Shown in pieces: positions 9,771 through 19,934 of a DNA stretch of 64,000 nucleotides (position 1 is its first letter; every line of letters starts with the position of its first letter). A program made the position numbers and the translations under genes. The stretch comes from Cloacimonetes bacterium UBA4175 (GTDB taxonomy: Bacteria > Cloacimonadota > Cloacimonadia > Cloacimonadales > Cloacimonadaceae), in NCBI GenBank assembly GCA_002379855.1, contig DFUX01000036.1, forward strand, positions 4,327-68,326. The letters run 5' to 3'. The notes under the pieces were generated by a model, which saw only the letters and a list, made by a program, of their open reading frames with translations, was not told where the DNA came from and searched no databases.

Positions 9771-12700
9771 ATGAAAAAGCACCTTAAGTTGTTTCTCCTG
9801 ACAGTAATCGCACTGATGTTAGTTTCATCGGCATTCTCTTTGGAGCGGCCCAGACCCACAGTCGCCCAAAGAGAAATCTATTCTGACCCCCAAGTGCGGG
9901 ATGCTGTCATTTTCCTCAAAGACCGTCTTCCTCAGTTGATTACAACAGACAAGGAGAAGGCGCTGGAAGAGTATATGACCCACGTGGAGAACCTAAACAA
10001 GCTTGAAGAGCTTGATGTTCTCTATCTGGTGGGACATTTCTACTCTGTATCGGACAACCCTCAAAAGGCTATTCCTTTCTTTGAGCTGCTGATCAATGAC
10101 CCCAGATTGGGTGACAACGCAAGGCAGATGTTGAATCTGCTTTTATATTATCGGGCGGTGAATTATCTAAAGGGCGACAACCAAGCTGCCACAGTAGATT
10201 ATATCGAGGATATACTCAATCTTTTCCCCACAGGCAAATATTACCCAACCTATCTGTATCTATGGGCGGACATTATATCTGAAAGCAGTAGGCACCAAGA
10301 AGTTAACGATTATCTAAAGAACTACAATGTCAACAGGGAATGGCTGCAAAACAGCTTCCGGCCCCGCAAAGAAGCACTTGTAAGGCGGATACAAGCCCTG
10401 AGTTTTGACCAACTCTACCAAAATCCGACCAATGAGGAATACCTTGCACTGGAAAGTGAGATCAATTCTATCCAGACTGATCTGCAAACCCTCTATAATG
10501 AGGTAAAATCCATGCGTGGGGTGATCATGCTCGACGCGTTGGATAAGATCGCCAAAGAGGAGTTGGCCCTGCTGGAGGAACTGAAAGCCCAATTAAAATC
10601 TTACGTTGAACCACCCCCACTGGATTGGGAACTACTTGCATCACCTGACTATCGGGGAACAGGCAAAGGACCTTATGACAGATATCGCGAAGGCGCTGTG
10701 CTGCTGCAACAACTCAAAGGGACGGCAGAGTATTACGGAAAGGTGATCGAAGTTCTTAATCGTTTCTTTGATAAGCGTTACGACCTCTTTGTTAAAGACG
10801 ATCCCTCGGTCAAAGGCAAAGGTTTCAGTGATATGGAACTGACCAGGCTGATCGACATCGAGAGAAACATCAGCATTTATAACGATATCATTTCCTCCAT
10901 CGATGAACTGATGGCTGATCCCGCATATCCATCCCATAATATCGATCTCGGACCCCAACGCCAGGAGTACGTGGAGAAACTGGCTGACTTGCAGAGCAGA
11001 AAATCGCTTTATCTGGGTATGCGCAAACATGAAGATCCAGTGGAAGAGGCTATTTTTAACGAATTGTTGGAAGAGTATTATGCCCTGCACAGGGAAAAAG
11101 AGATGCTCGAAGACCTGTTGCCCCAGGTGGAAGAAGTGATGACAGCTATGGTTAGAGAAAGGTATCCGAAGACCATCCAGGGCGATATCCTTGCTCAACG
11201 GGAGCTGGCCGCGGATAAGGTCTCGCAGGGTTTTTTAGGCGGAGAAGATGTTGGGGATTTCTTTGCTAATCTTGATTTTATCCAACTGGAACTCGATTAC
11301 CGGAACCTAAGATACCGTGATTTGCAGCGCCAAAAAGTGGCAGCGACCCTCTCTGAACAAGAAATGCAGGATCAGTATAATCAGATTTTGGCAGATAAGG
11401 CAGCCCTACTTCAGAGGCATCAGGATTTTGTTTCCGCCAATCCTGGTTTCCAGGCTTTGGAACAACCTGGCGGTGGATATCTGATCAACAACTCAATTCT
11501 CTATTACAATATGGCTGAGCTTCAGTATGCGGTTGATCTCGACCGTCCCGAGCTGGCCTTGGCATATTACCGCAAAGTGCTGCAGACAGATCCAGATTTC
11601 TTCCTGAGAGACTATGCTCTTTACAACATAGCATATTTGAGCAGCGAGGTTAAGAGAGAAGAGCTTGATCCCAAAATTGCAGAATACCGCAAGAATAATC
11701 CCAACTCCAGCCGTCCAGCATCCCTTCGCTACAAGGAATCGGATTTCCGGGAAGCAATTTCGGCATACCAGGAAGTGACCACAGACACCCGCTATCAGAA
11801 TTCTTCCATCCGTGACGAGTCTTTATATCGGTTGAGCGTTCTCTATTTTCTGATTGGTGCGGATGCGGATGAGCCCATAACTTATTACGAAAAAGCGAAT
11901 AATGGTTTCAATCAGCTGATCGCGGACGAAAACAGCAGTTATCGCTATGAGGCTCTTTATCAGCGGGGTTGGGTGAATATGAACCGGGGAGACCTGGAGT
12001 CCCTTAAACTGGCTATGGCAGATTTTACCAGCCTGCTGGAAGCGGTTGACAGCAAAAAGATAGAAAACGCTAATCTGGCTCAAGATTTTAAAAACAATGC
12101 TGTAGAAAACCTTGCCTACACACTGATAGCCTTGGATGGAGTTGATTACACCGCAGAGGCGCAGGGGGTTGAAGAAATCCAGCTTGCCATGGCAGATTAC
12201 AAAGACCTTAAAGTCAAAGACCGGGTTATGGAAAAAGCCGCTCTCCTCAAGATCGGCATGCAGGCGCCGCTTCAGGCGATAGACTATATGGAACTTCGCT
12301 TGAAATCTTCTCCGCTTGAGCTTACCAACCCCACAATCGTGGACTCGATCATCAAGCTGTACCATACGCCTGGACTGCAGTTGAGACCCGGACAGGACCT
12401 GGCTGAGATCCGCACCGCCAAATACCAGTTTATTCTCGACCAATATAACAATAGTTCTGAATGGTACGCCCAGAATGTGAGCGGCAAAGACTATAGCGAC
12501 CCGACGATTTCGCAGCAACTCGACATCGTCCGCAATGCCTATGAAGAGATCAGGATACGACACTATAACGCGGTTGTCAGGGATCCTTCCTTGGAGAATC
12601 TGGCTGCGTATAACCAGCATATGGAGGATTTTGCCGCATATCGGGAACTTACTGCGCAAGACCATGACCAGTGGGTTAAGGAACAGGACAAGGCGAATGT

Positions 12701-15665
12701 TGCATTGACAATGGTCATGGCAGACAAAATAGATCAACCTCAATACCATATAAAGGCTATCGACTCCCTCAACAGATTTAACAACAAGTATCCAGATAAT
12801 ACAGACTATTTTAACTTCGAGGGACTGTCTTTCAAATACTCTCAGAGAGCCTATGCAATCTTGGCTGAAAACATTGGCAAACCGGAGTATATACCGCCCA
12901 GAGGCACCCCTGCTACCCAGGAAGACCTCTACACTTTCTTCAGAGATGCCTCAGTGCGCTTCTATAACACTCTCCATAAGCCTGATTACCGAACAGATGC
13001 CAACCTGCGTAACTCGGCACAGGTGATCATGAATCTCGGGGAGATAGAGCTGAGTTTGGGGCACAGGGCTCAAGCCAAGACACATTACAAGCAACCCCTG
13101 GAGTTTGAAGAAACTCTGGAACCAGCCACCCGGCGCGATATCTATCTGCGTTTGGCCGGTATAGCCGAAGATGAGAAGAACTACACCGAAGCTGAAAGCT
13201 GGTATCGCAAAGCCTATGCCTTTGCACGCAACCAGCAGGATGCGGGAGATATTGACCAGCAAGTGAAGCTCCAAATCCAGAGCAGTTATGAGTCTGCCGA
13301 ACAAAGTGGAGACTTCGCATTGGCCGCGGACGAATACTTGCGCCTGGCAGAGGAATACAAGACTGATACTGCCAAGTATGCCGGATACAGGTATCAAGCC
13401 TCTGAGGCATACAAAAAGGCAGGCCTTTATCAGCCAGCAATTGATCTGAAGCTGGACCTGGCGAAAGCCAATCCCGCTGTGAACGAAAAATACTACCTGT
13501 ATTATGAATCCTGGACCATAGCGGATTCCCTGATGCGGGACGAGGAGCAGGGCTCCAGGCTCAAGGATGAGTTTATCGCTTTATATCCAGCCAGCAATCT
13601 GGCCTTTAATCTGCAAGTGCAGCAGATCGACAAACTTAGTAAGAACCCATCCCAAAGAGAAACAGCAGCGGAGATGTATCTGCAATTGCACGACTTGGTG
13701 AGAGCTAAGAAAGTGGACAATGGCTCAGTGGCACCTGAGCAGATCTACCTTTGGGCTTTGGACCTCTATCGTACCTCAAAAAATCAAGACAAGATCATCG
13801 AATTGCTCACATACTTTACCCGCACCTATCCCAACCATGAGCAGAATGCTGTTTTCCTGACCCTGCTGGCAGATGAGCATCTGGCAAGGGGAGATAACGA
13901 TAAATTTGAGCAGTATTCCCGCGAGCTGTTCCTAAAGGATAAGACTCAGTATGACAGATATCTGACTACAGCCAACCGGAATCTAGGCAAGATAGCGATG
14001 GATTTCGATGCCGCTCATGCTGAGAAAGATTGGAACAAAGCTTTTGCCAAGCGGGATGAATTCCTGCAACTGGAAGCCAGATATGCCCGCGAAGGGTTGC
14101 CAATGGACAACTCCCAAGCCAAGGCGGTTTTTGCCCGCGCGGATGAGGAGTATAAGGTTGAACAAGCCAAAAATGCCTACCTAAAAAAGTTTGACCAGCA
14201 ACTCAAAGCTATGGAGGATGGAACTTTCCTCAACAGTACGCCAGGTAAGTTGATCACAGTCAATCAAAACACATCCTGGCAGAGGCATTTGTTTGGCGGT
14301 AAAGCGAATCGTGTTCCTGGGTTGAGTTCTGTGGTAGAATCTCAATACCGGAGCATTTTAAAACTTATGAATCAGCCCGAAGCTGCGTATCTGGACAACC
14401 AGCGGCGTCTGCACGCCTTCGATTTGATCGGAAAGATCAACGAGCATGCGGCGGAAGCCATTAAGGTGCAGATCAATCGCTACCTTGATATCGCTGTTGA
14501 GATGCAGCCTTTCAAGAATCGCTCGCAGTATTCGCAAGCAGAATATGACAATCTGGTCAATAATGACCTGCTGCCCTTTGCTCAAACATATATAGATCAG
14601 TATAACGCAACTGCTCTTGAGCTTTATGAGCAGATGTATACGAACTACACCCTGGCTGGTTATTCAGATGAATACACTACCCGTGCTCAAGAGAAACTCG
14701 CGGCTAAGGGGTTGATCAAGGAATACAGGACGGAGAACTACCTGCCCAATGATGGTTGGAGTCTCACCGTTAATCAGAGTGGCAGCTCGCCCAATATCTA
14801 CAAAGCATCGATAGGGCAGACCAGGACAGTCAGAGGTTTGCAGTTGGGCAAACTCAACGTTCCAGCTCAGAAAACACTGTCTGCAGAACGGCAGATCAAG
14901 GTGAAAGTTGCCCCTGATTTTGCGTTTCTGCATCTTGTGTATCCGCATGATCCCGTGCTGAAAGTTAATGGGGAGAATGTGGAATATGTACATGTGGCTG
15001 TGGACACTCTGGATGGTGGAAATCAAAACAGCATCCATTACGCCCTGCGTATTGACGGAACCTATTGGAACACAGGCGAGAACCTTGTGCAGTTTGAATT
15101 CCCCAATCCCATGACTGAATCTGCAGACCTGCACTGGAGTTTGGTGACCTATCTGGATGAACAAAAGCTGATTGCCTCACTGCCTGTGGAAACTATGAAG
15201 ATAGGTTCCAAAGAAAACTGGACGGTTTTCTATATTGATCCGGAAACAGGTAAAACTGAAGAAACCAGAGCGATTGCCGCTGAAAAATTCGGACTTCCCC
15301 TGGATATGTCGGAACGCATGATCAACACCATAGCCAAGCCTATCTGGTGCAATGAATCTCCAGAATCACCGCGAAACGAACTGACTTTCCAGACCACATT
15401 TACACTCGATACTCAATTCCGCGAAGGCTATCTTGATTTTGTGGCTCCCAACTACGCCACTATCTATTTGAATGGAACAGTTTTGGATGAAAACTATCCG
15501 ATGGATTACGATCCTGACCCATTCATGGCCTATCCAAGCAGGATAGAGCTGCCAGCCCGACTGATCGTGCAAGGCAAAAACACCCTGCAGATCGTGATTC
15601 AAAACAGCTCCCAATATCGCGGCATGTTGGCCGAGATCAATATTACCAAAACTGGAAAGGAGTAA
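9771..15665 (+). CDS. Giant exported TPR protein (1964 aa) with C-terminal beta-sandwich domains; GltD/AgmU-like candidate
   Basis: Signal peptide, many TPR-like helices (ALAYYRKVL..DP, EALYQRGW, AESWYRKA), C-terminal IYLNG...GKNTLQI jelly-roll pattern. Confidence 0.75.
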   Translation: MKKHLKLFLLTVIALMLVSSAFSLERPRPTVAQREIYSDPQVRDAVIFLKDRLPQLITTDKEKALEEYMTHVENLNKLEELDVLYLVGHFYSVSDNPQKAIPFFELLINDPRLGDNARQMLNLLLYYRAVNYLKGDNQAATVDYIEDILNLFPTGKYYPTYLYLWADIISESSRHQEVNDYLKNYNVNREWLQNSFRPRKEALVRRIQALSFDQLYQNPTNEEYLALESEINSIQTDLQTLYNEVKSMRGVIMLDALDKIAKEELALLEELKAQLKSYVEPPPLDWELLASPDYRGTGKGPYDRYREGAVLLQQLKGTAEYYGKVIEVLNRFFDKRYDLFVKDDPSVKGKGFSDMELTRLIDIERNISIYNDIISSIDELMADPAYPSHNIDLGPQRQEYVEKLADLQSRKSLYLGMRKHEDPVEEAIFNELLEEYYALHREKEMLEDLLPQVEEVMTAMVRERYPKTIQGDILAQRELAADKVSQGFLGGEDVGDFFANLDFIQLELDYRNLRYRDLQRQKVAATLSEQEMQDQYNQILADKAALLQRHQDFVSANPGFQALEQPGGGYLINNSILYYNMAELQYAVDLDRPELALAYYRKVLQTDPDFFLRDYALYNIAYLSSEVKREELDPKIAEYRKNNPNSSRPASLRYKESDFREAISAYQEVTTDTRYQNSSIRDESLYRLSVLYFLIGADADEPITYYEKANNGFNQLIADENSSYRYEALYQRGWVNMNRGDLESLKLAMADFTSLLEAVDSKKIENANLAQDFKNNAVENLAYTLIALDGVDYTAEAQGVEEIQLAMADYKDLKVKDRVMEKAALLKIGMQAPLQAIDYMELRLKSSPLELTNPTIVDSIIKLYHTPGLQLRPGQDLAEIRTAKYQFILDQYNNSSEWYAQNVSGKDYSDPTISQQLDIVRNAYEEIRIRHYNAVVRDPSLENLAAYNQHMEDFAAYRELTAQDHDQWVKEQDKANVALTMVMADKIDQPQYHIKAIDSLNRFNNKYPDNTDYFNFEGLSFKYSQRAYAILAENIGKPEYIPPRGTPATQEDLYTFFRDASVRFYNTLHKPDYRTDANLRNSAQVIMNLGEIELSLGHRAQAKTHYKQPLEFEETLEPATRRDIYLRLAGIAEDEKNYTEAESWYRKAYAFARNQQDAGDIDQQVKLQIQSSYESAEQSGDFALAADEYLRLAEEYKTDTAKYAGYRYQASEAYKKAGLYQPAIDLKLDLAKANPAVNEKYYLYYESWTIADSLMRDEEQGSRLKDEFIALYPASNLAFNLQVQQIDKLSKNPSQRETAAEMYLQLHDLVRAKKVDNGSVAPEQIYLWALDLYRTSKNQDKIIELLTYFTRTYPNHEQNAVFLTLLADEHLARGDNDKFEQYSRELFLKDKTQYDRYLTTANRNLGKIAMDFDAAHAEKDWNKAFAKRDEFLQLEARYAREGLPMDNSQAKAVFARADEEYKVEQAKNAYLKKFDQQLKAMEDGTFLNSTPGKLITVNQNTSWQRHLFGGKANRVPGLSSVVESQYRSILKLMNQPEAAYLDNQRRLHAFDLIGKINEHAAEAIKVQINRYLDIAVEMQPFKNRSQYSQAEYDNLVNNDLLPFAQTYIDQYNATALELYEQMYTNYTLAGYSDEYTTRAQEKLAAKGLIKEYRTENYLPNDGWSLTVNQSGSSPNIYKASIGQTRTVRGLQLGKLNVPAQKTLSAERQIKVKVAPDFAFLHLVYPHDPVLKVNGENVEYVHVAVDTLDGGNQNSIHYALRIDGTYWNTGENLVQFEFPNPMTESADLHWSLVTYLDEQKLIASLPVETMKIGSKENWTVFYIDPETGKTEETRAIAAEKFGLPLDMSERMINTIAKPIWCNESPESPRNELTFQTTFTLDTQFREGYLDFVAPNYATIYLNGTVLDENYPMDYDPDPFMAYPSRIELPARLIVQGKNTLQIVIQNSSQYRGMLAEINITKTGKE

Positions 15666-15671
15666 ATTGAT

Positions 15672-15974
15672 ATGAGAAAGGTATTACTTACGACGGCGTT
15701 GTTGCTGATGGTAGCCGGCCTCCTGGCTCAGGTGGCGATAGATCCTCGCAGTGGTTTTGCCAATATCCGCGAGACTCGAGCTCCCCAGGAGATTGAGATT
15801 CAGATCAAGGCAATGATACCCGATATCAGCGTTGTTCAGATTAAAACTGATACTTACTCCGAACCGGGAGAATATAATTATACTATAGATCTTGGCGTGA
15901 TCCAAGAAGAAAGCAAAAAACAACTAAATGAATGGCAACAAGAAATTAATAATTGGCTAGAGGAGTCAAAATGA
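15672..15974 (+). CDS. Small exported hypothetical protein (GltF/CglF-like position and size)
   Basis: Signal peptide, AAGGAG RBS, sits between the TPR gene and the TolQ-like gene. Confidence 0.7.
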   Translation: MRKVLLTTALLLMVAGLLAQVAIDPRSGFANIRETRAPQEIEIQIKAMIPDISVVQIKTDTYSEPGEYNYTIDLGVIQEESKKQLNEWQQEINNWLEESK

Positions 15975-16720
15975 AAGCTAAACACACCCTTCTCGTAGTA
16001 TTAGCTCTTGCAATCAGCATTGGGTTCCTGCACGCAACCCCTCAAGTGGTGGGCGGGGACAAAGTGAATTTGGGGACCATCTTCCAGGACAGCGGGTTTT
16101 TCGGCTATCTGATCCTGTTGACCTTCCTGGTCGGCATAATCTATGCCATAATCCGCTGGGTACAACTCTATCAGAGAGAGAAGCTGGATGCCAGCAACTT
16201 ATACCTGAAACTGAAAGGCTATATCAAAAACGACCAGATCGATGAAGCAATCAGGATCGCTGAAAGCTTTAAGAACACCACTCTCGGTTTCATCTTCTGG
16301 AGCGGACTGATGGGGTTCAAGGATGCCCGCAAGGTTCATAAAGGCGAGGAACTCAATATGGCAGTCCAGAATTCCTTTGACGAAGCTGTGTTGCAAAGTG
16401 TTCACAAGATCGATTCAGGTCTTTTCTGGTTTGACACTCTGGCCCAAGTCTGTACCTATCTTGGACTTCTCGGTACCATCTGGGGTCTGTTGGAAGCCTT
16501 TGCGGCTCTTTCTGACCCGAAGGTTCTGGACAGTGAAAAGAACATCCTGCTCACCAGAGGAATCAAGGTTGCGATCGGCACCACAGCCCTCGGTTTGCTG
16601 GCTGCCATTCCTCTGACCTTGATCAAGGGCGCTTTCACGACCCGCGCTCAAAGGCTGATCAACGATGTTGACGAATTCAGCGTAAAACTAATTAACCATA
16701 TCAACAGCTCAAAAGGATAA
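15971..16720 (+). CDS. MotA/TolQ/ExbB proton channel protein
   Basis: YLGLLGTIWGLLEAF and AIGTTALGLLAAIP; ATG 15971 after AGGAG. Confidence 0.93.
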   Translation: MKAKHTLLVVLALAISIGFLHATPQVVGGDKVNLGTIFQDSGFFGYLILLTFLVGIIYAIIRWVQLYQREKLDASNLYLKLKGYIKNDQIDEAIRIAESFKNTTLGFIFWSGLMGFKDARKVHKGEELNMAVQNSFDEAVLQSVHKIDSGLFWFDTLAQVCTYLGLLGTIWGLLEAFAALSDPKVLDSEKNILLTRGIKVAIGTTALGLLAAIPLTLIKGAFTTRAQRLINDVDEFSVKLINHINSSKG

Positions 16721-16724
16721 AACA

Positions 16725-17261
16725 ATGGCTTATCGTCCTTCTGCCGGAAGGAACCAAAGAACATTCTCGGAACCCAAGATGATAGATCTGGTTCCGATCA
16801 TCAACCTGTTTGTCACCATTATACCCTTTCTACTGCTGATTTTGGTGATCACACAGGTGGCTTTGGTTGCCTTGAATTTTACCCAGGGTACCGGTGGCGG
16901 AGAAGGAAATGTCGCAGGTGGCGGCAGCGGAGCAAAACGAGATATACCGATTGTAGAGGTGATAATCATGGCACCAGAGGATGCGGGAGAAAAGCTGTAT
17001 CCTGGCTTTGAGATCCGCGAGCCCGGCAAAGCACCGGTGCCTTTGCATCTGGTAAACAACCAATACGACTATCTCGCTCTCGATTCAATGCTTAAAGATA
17101 TCCGGAGCAGGTATCCCAGTCTCTATGATATCAACGTTGCTCCCTATCCCTATGTTCGTTACGAAACCTTGATCAAAACCATCGATATCTGCAAAAGCAA
17201 CAGCTTTATAAACGCGCATTACAAAGCACCTCAAGTTATGTATTTCTCCAAGGGGGCATGA
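16725..17261 (+). CDS. ExbD/TolR family protein (TM Asp replaced by Asn)
   Basis: IDLVPIINLFVTIIPFLL TM helix; C-terminal VRYETLIKTIDIC. Confidence 0.85.
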   Translation: MAYRPSAGRNQRTFSEPKMIDLVPIINLFVTIIPFLLLILVITQVALVALNFTQGTGGGEGNVAGGGSGAKRDIPIVEVIIMAPEDAGEKLYPGFEIREPGKAPVPLHLVNNQYDYLALDSMLKDIRSRYPSLYDINVAPYPYVRYETLIKTIDICKSNSFINAHYKAPQVMYFSKGA

Positions 17262-17812
17262 TGAGCTACAGAATGAGATCACAAAAGCCCAACCGGCGCG
17301 TACGCAGAAAGTTCGAGGAAGCTAAAGGACTCTCCATTACATCATTGGTGGACGTCCTCACCATTCTGCTGGTTTTCCTGGTCAAGAACATATCGATGGA
17401 AGCTCAAAGGGTTACTGTGCCTGACAACATGAATTTCCCCTCCATAATGCAAAGTCATGACCTTTTGGAAAGAAAGGGAACGACCGCTATAAAAGTGTAT
17501 CCCGACCGAATTCTGATTGGTGAAGAAAACCTCTATTTCGGCACCCTGCAAGAGCTGGAAACAGACCCGGTGAAACGCACCGAAATCCTGAAATATCTTC
17601 AGTCCACAGCGCAAAGAACAATGGAACTGAAAGACCAGGATGGCAATCCGTTGGAAACAGCTTTGCTGATCCAAGCCGATAGAACCATTCTCTGCCAGCA
17701 TATCACAACACTGGTCGAATTGGGCACAAGCTCGTTCTATCAGTATATTTACTTTGCAAACCTGCTTGATCAGGACTGGCTTGGCAAAACTAAAACGGCT
17801 CAGGGAGGGTAA
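17258..17812 (+). CDS. ExbD/TolR family protein (AglQ-like)
   Basis: LSITSLVDVLTILLVFLVK with conserved Asp; LIQADR motif. Confidence 0.87.
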   Translation: MMSYRMRSQKPNRRVRRKFEEAKGLSITSLVDVLTILLVFLVKNISMEAQRVTVPDNMNFPSIMQSHDLLERKGTTAIKVYPDRILIGEENLYFGTLQELETDPVKRTEILKYLQSTAQRTMELKDQDGNPLETALLIQADRTILCQHITTLVELGTSSFYQYIYFANLLDQDWLGKTKTAQGG

Positions 17813-17821
17813 GGAGGCAAG

Positions 17822-19273
17822 ATGGCAAAAACTCAACTTAACCTCATACTGAGCTATAAAGGCAAGACGCTCGACGTGATCAAACAAGGTAAAGATTTTA
17901 CCAACAAGTGGATCATCGGCTCAAACAAGCGTCTCCTGTGGCAGATTCTGGATACGAGTTTCCCATTTCAGCACAGGCTGTTGATACAAAAAGGCGATAA
18001 CAGTTATCTGCAGATGCCCCCCGGAGCCAGTCTCACTTGCAGCAAAGACGGCAAACCAGTGGAAACCGCGTATCTGCAGCAAAACGGAATCCTGCAAGGC
18101 GGGAGCCTGTTGCTGCGCAACGATATGGCGGGCACGATAAAGATCGCTCCGGATTGGGATATCAGCTATGAATACGCTGAACCCAGAGTTTTGCGGCTCA
18201 CCGATCAGGAACAACGTCTGGTAGCCCAATACTCGCGCCGTGAGGCTTTAACGCCTTCAGAACGTGCAAACCGCACTCTGATCCTGGTTTGTCTGATAGT
18301 GGGAATCATCTTCCTGCTGGTTTATGACTATGTGTTGAAACCCAAGGCGGAAGCAGCAGCCACTCTGGCTGCCAAGCTGGCCGAACTGGAACGCGCGCAA
18401 CGCATCGAAGCCATGATCGGTGAACCGGAAGAATTGCCGGAACAAGAGATGGAAGCGACTGGAGTGACTGAAATGGAAGGTGTTCCAAGCGAGGAAAGAA
18501 CCACTACTGGTACGGGCAGACGCGCTCCTGCCACAGCCCAAGCCACCTTCGGAAGATTCCGCTCATCCGACCCCACCTCAGGTGCTTACACCAGCGGTCA
18601 GCCAGCCCAGCAAGCCACTGTGCTGCGTGAGTTCGTTACCGCAAGGCCGGGCAGCAGGATCGGTACAGGCGGATCAGGAGGCGTGGGGCCCAGCTTCGAC
18701 GCCACCGGCGGTGGAGCTGGCAGTGGTTATTCGCCCAGCTTCAATCCCGGCGAAACGGCAAGGTACAACCAAACTGATCTGAGCCAGGTTGTGATTGGCC
18801 AAACCCCACGGGGCGGCACCACAGTCAGGCCAACCGGAAAGATCGATAAATTTACGGGAGATGCCTCAAAACTCGCTCCCGCGAGGAAGCCTTTGCCCCA
18901 ATCGGCTCAAACTCAACGTATAATCCAGAGTTTTCAGTCACCCAGCATCTCGACCATCTCAGAAAACAATGTAGTTGGCTCAACCGCTGGAGCTTCCTCA
19001 GATGTCGATGATATCTATGGACAGCTATACGGACGCAAAGGACAGATAACTCAGCTATACCGCAAACACTCCGCCGTGCAGGCGTCATCGGGTTCGATCT
19101 CGATCAAGATGTATATCGACTCCAACGGCACGGTGGTAGCAGATGTTACGCCCAATAGCGCCAGTTTCACCCAGAGCTTCCTGCAGGAAGTGAAGAGATT
19201 GGTGGAGAACTGGACCTTCAGGGTTAGCAAAAAGACCATTTACCAATTCCAAATACGACTCAGCCAAAGATAA
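17822..19273 (+). CDS. Membrane protein with AgmX/PglI-type TonB-C-like C-terminal domain (GltG-like)
   Basis: Cytoplasmic N-domain, one TM helix (LILVCLIVGIIFLLVY), Gly-rich linker, C-terminal GQITQLY...GSISIKMYIDSNG.V...VENWTF. Confidence 0.75.
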   Translation: MAKTQLNLILSYKGKTLDVIKQGKDFTNKWIIGSNKRLLWQILDTSFPFQHRLLIQKGDNSYLQMPPGASLTCSKDGKPVETAYLQQNGILQGGSLLLRNDMAGTIKIAPDWDISYEYAEPRVLRLTDQEQRLVAQYSRREALTPSERANRTLILVCLIVGIIFLLVYDYVLKPKAEAAATLAAKLAELERAQRIEAMIGEPEELPEQEMEATGVTEMEGVPSEERTTTGTGRRAPATAQATFGRFRSSDPTSGAYTSGQPAQQATVLREFVTARPGSRIGTGGSGGVGPSFDATGGGAGSGYSPSFNPGETARYNQTDLSQVVIGQTPRGGTTVRPTGKIDKFTGDASKLAPARKPLPQSAQTQRIIQSFQSPSISTISENNVVGSTAGASSDVDDIYGQLYGRKGQITQLYRKHSAVQASSGSISIKMYIDSNGTVVADVTPNSASFTQSFLQEVKRLVENWTFRVSKKTIYQFQIRLSQR

Positions 19274-19294
19274 AACACATGTTACGGGAAGAAG

Positions 19295-19327
19295 AGACCC
19301 TGCTTTTTACGGCAGGGTCTTTATTTT
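19295..19327 (+). terminator. Rho-independent terminator
   Basis: AGACCCTGC/GCAGGGTCT stem followed by TTATTTT, about 20 nt after the operon end. Confidence 0.8.
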
Positions 19328-19502
19328 AGGGCTCATCTGCTGCATGAATAAGGACTGAACATACTGTGTAATACCAAATCGCTTTCACCAAGCTATTTTA
19401 TGCTATTTGTAAACTGATATTCTCTTGTAAATTCAGTGGAAAGGTTCCCCCGAAACAAGCCCTACCCGACCTCAAAACAAAAGCACCTCGTACTATATAC
19501 CG

Positions 19503-19665
19503 TGTCATCACAGCCTATCGGGGTCCTCGCCGGATCGGCAACGATCCGGTGGGGTGGTTTGAGCCGTGATCCAGTCTTTTGGAAACAACCACCCGACCCA
19601 GAAATATACCACACCAGATTACATCACCGCGTCATCACGGCCTTCGAGCCGTGATCCAGTCTTTT
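19503..19665 (+). repeat. Two REP-like (CGTC-type) palindromes, the first interrupted by a nested GCAA-tetraloop hairpin
   Basis: CGTCATCACGGCCTTCGAGCCGTGATCCAG at 19630-19659; the first copy shares GTCATCAC and GAGCCGTGATCCAGTCTTTTG. Confidence 0.7.
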
Positions 19666-19814
19666 GAAATGGCAGTGGAAAGGTGAAAAAGAGATCCAGT
19701 TGTAGTAATGCAAGCTAAACAGTATAAAACAAGCACCCAGTCAAAAAGTAACCGGCATCAATTCCTTGACAACCGCATAAATAAACCGCTACATTCCGCA
19801 ATATCCTTCATAGC

Positions 19815-19925
19815 GCCCTCCTTTGCTGCGACTGGCTTTGGTGCCATCATCCTTAGGTCATCCTTATAAATTATAAGGTTGACCCAAGGAAGACCCAGGC
19901 ATGAACCAGGGAATCAAATGAGGGC
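19815..19925. repeat. Palindromic intergenic element (MITE/REPIN-like), copy 2
   Basis: Outer IR GCCCTCCTTTG/CAAATGAGGGC around the 47-bp core at 19847-19893. Confidence 0.85.
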
Positions 19926-19934
19926 AATCCTCCC

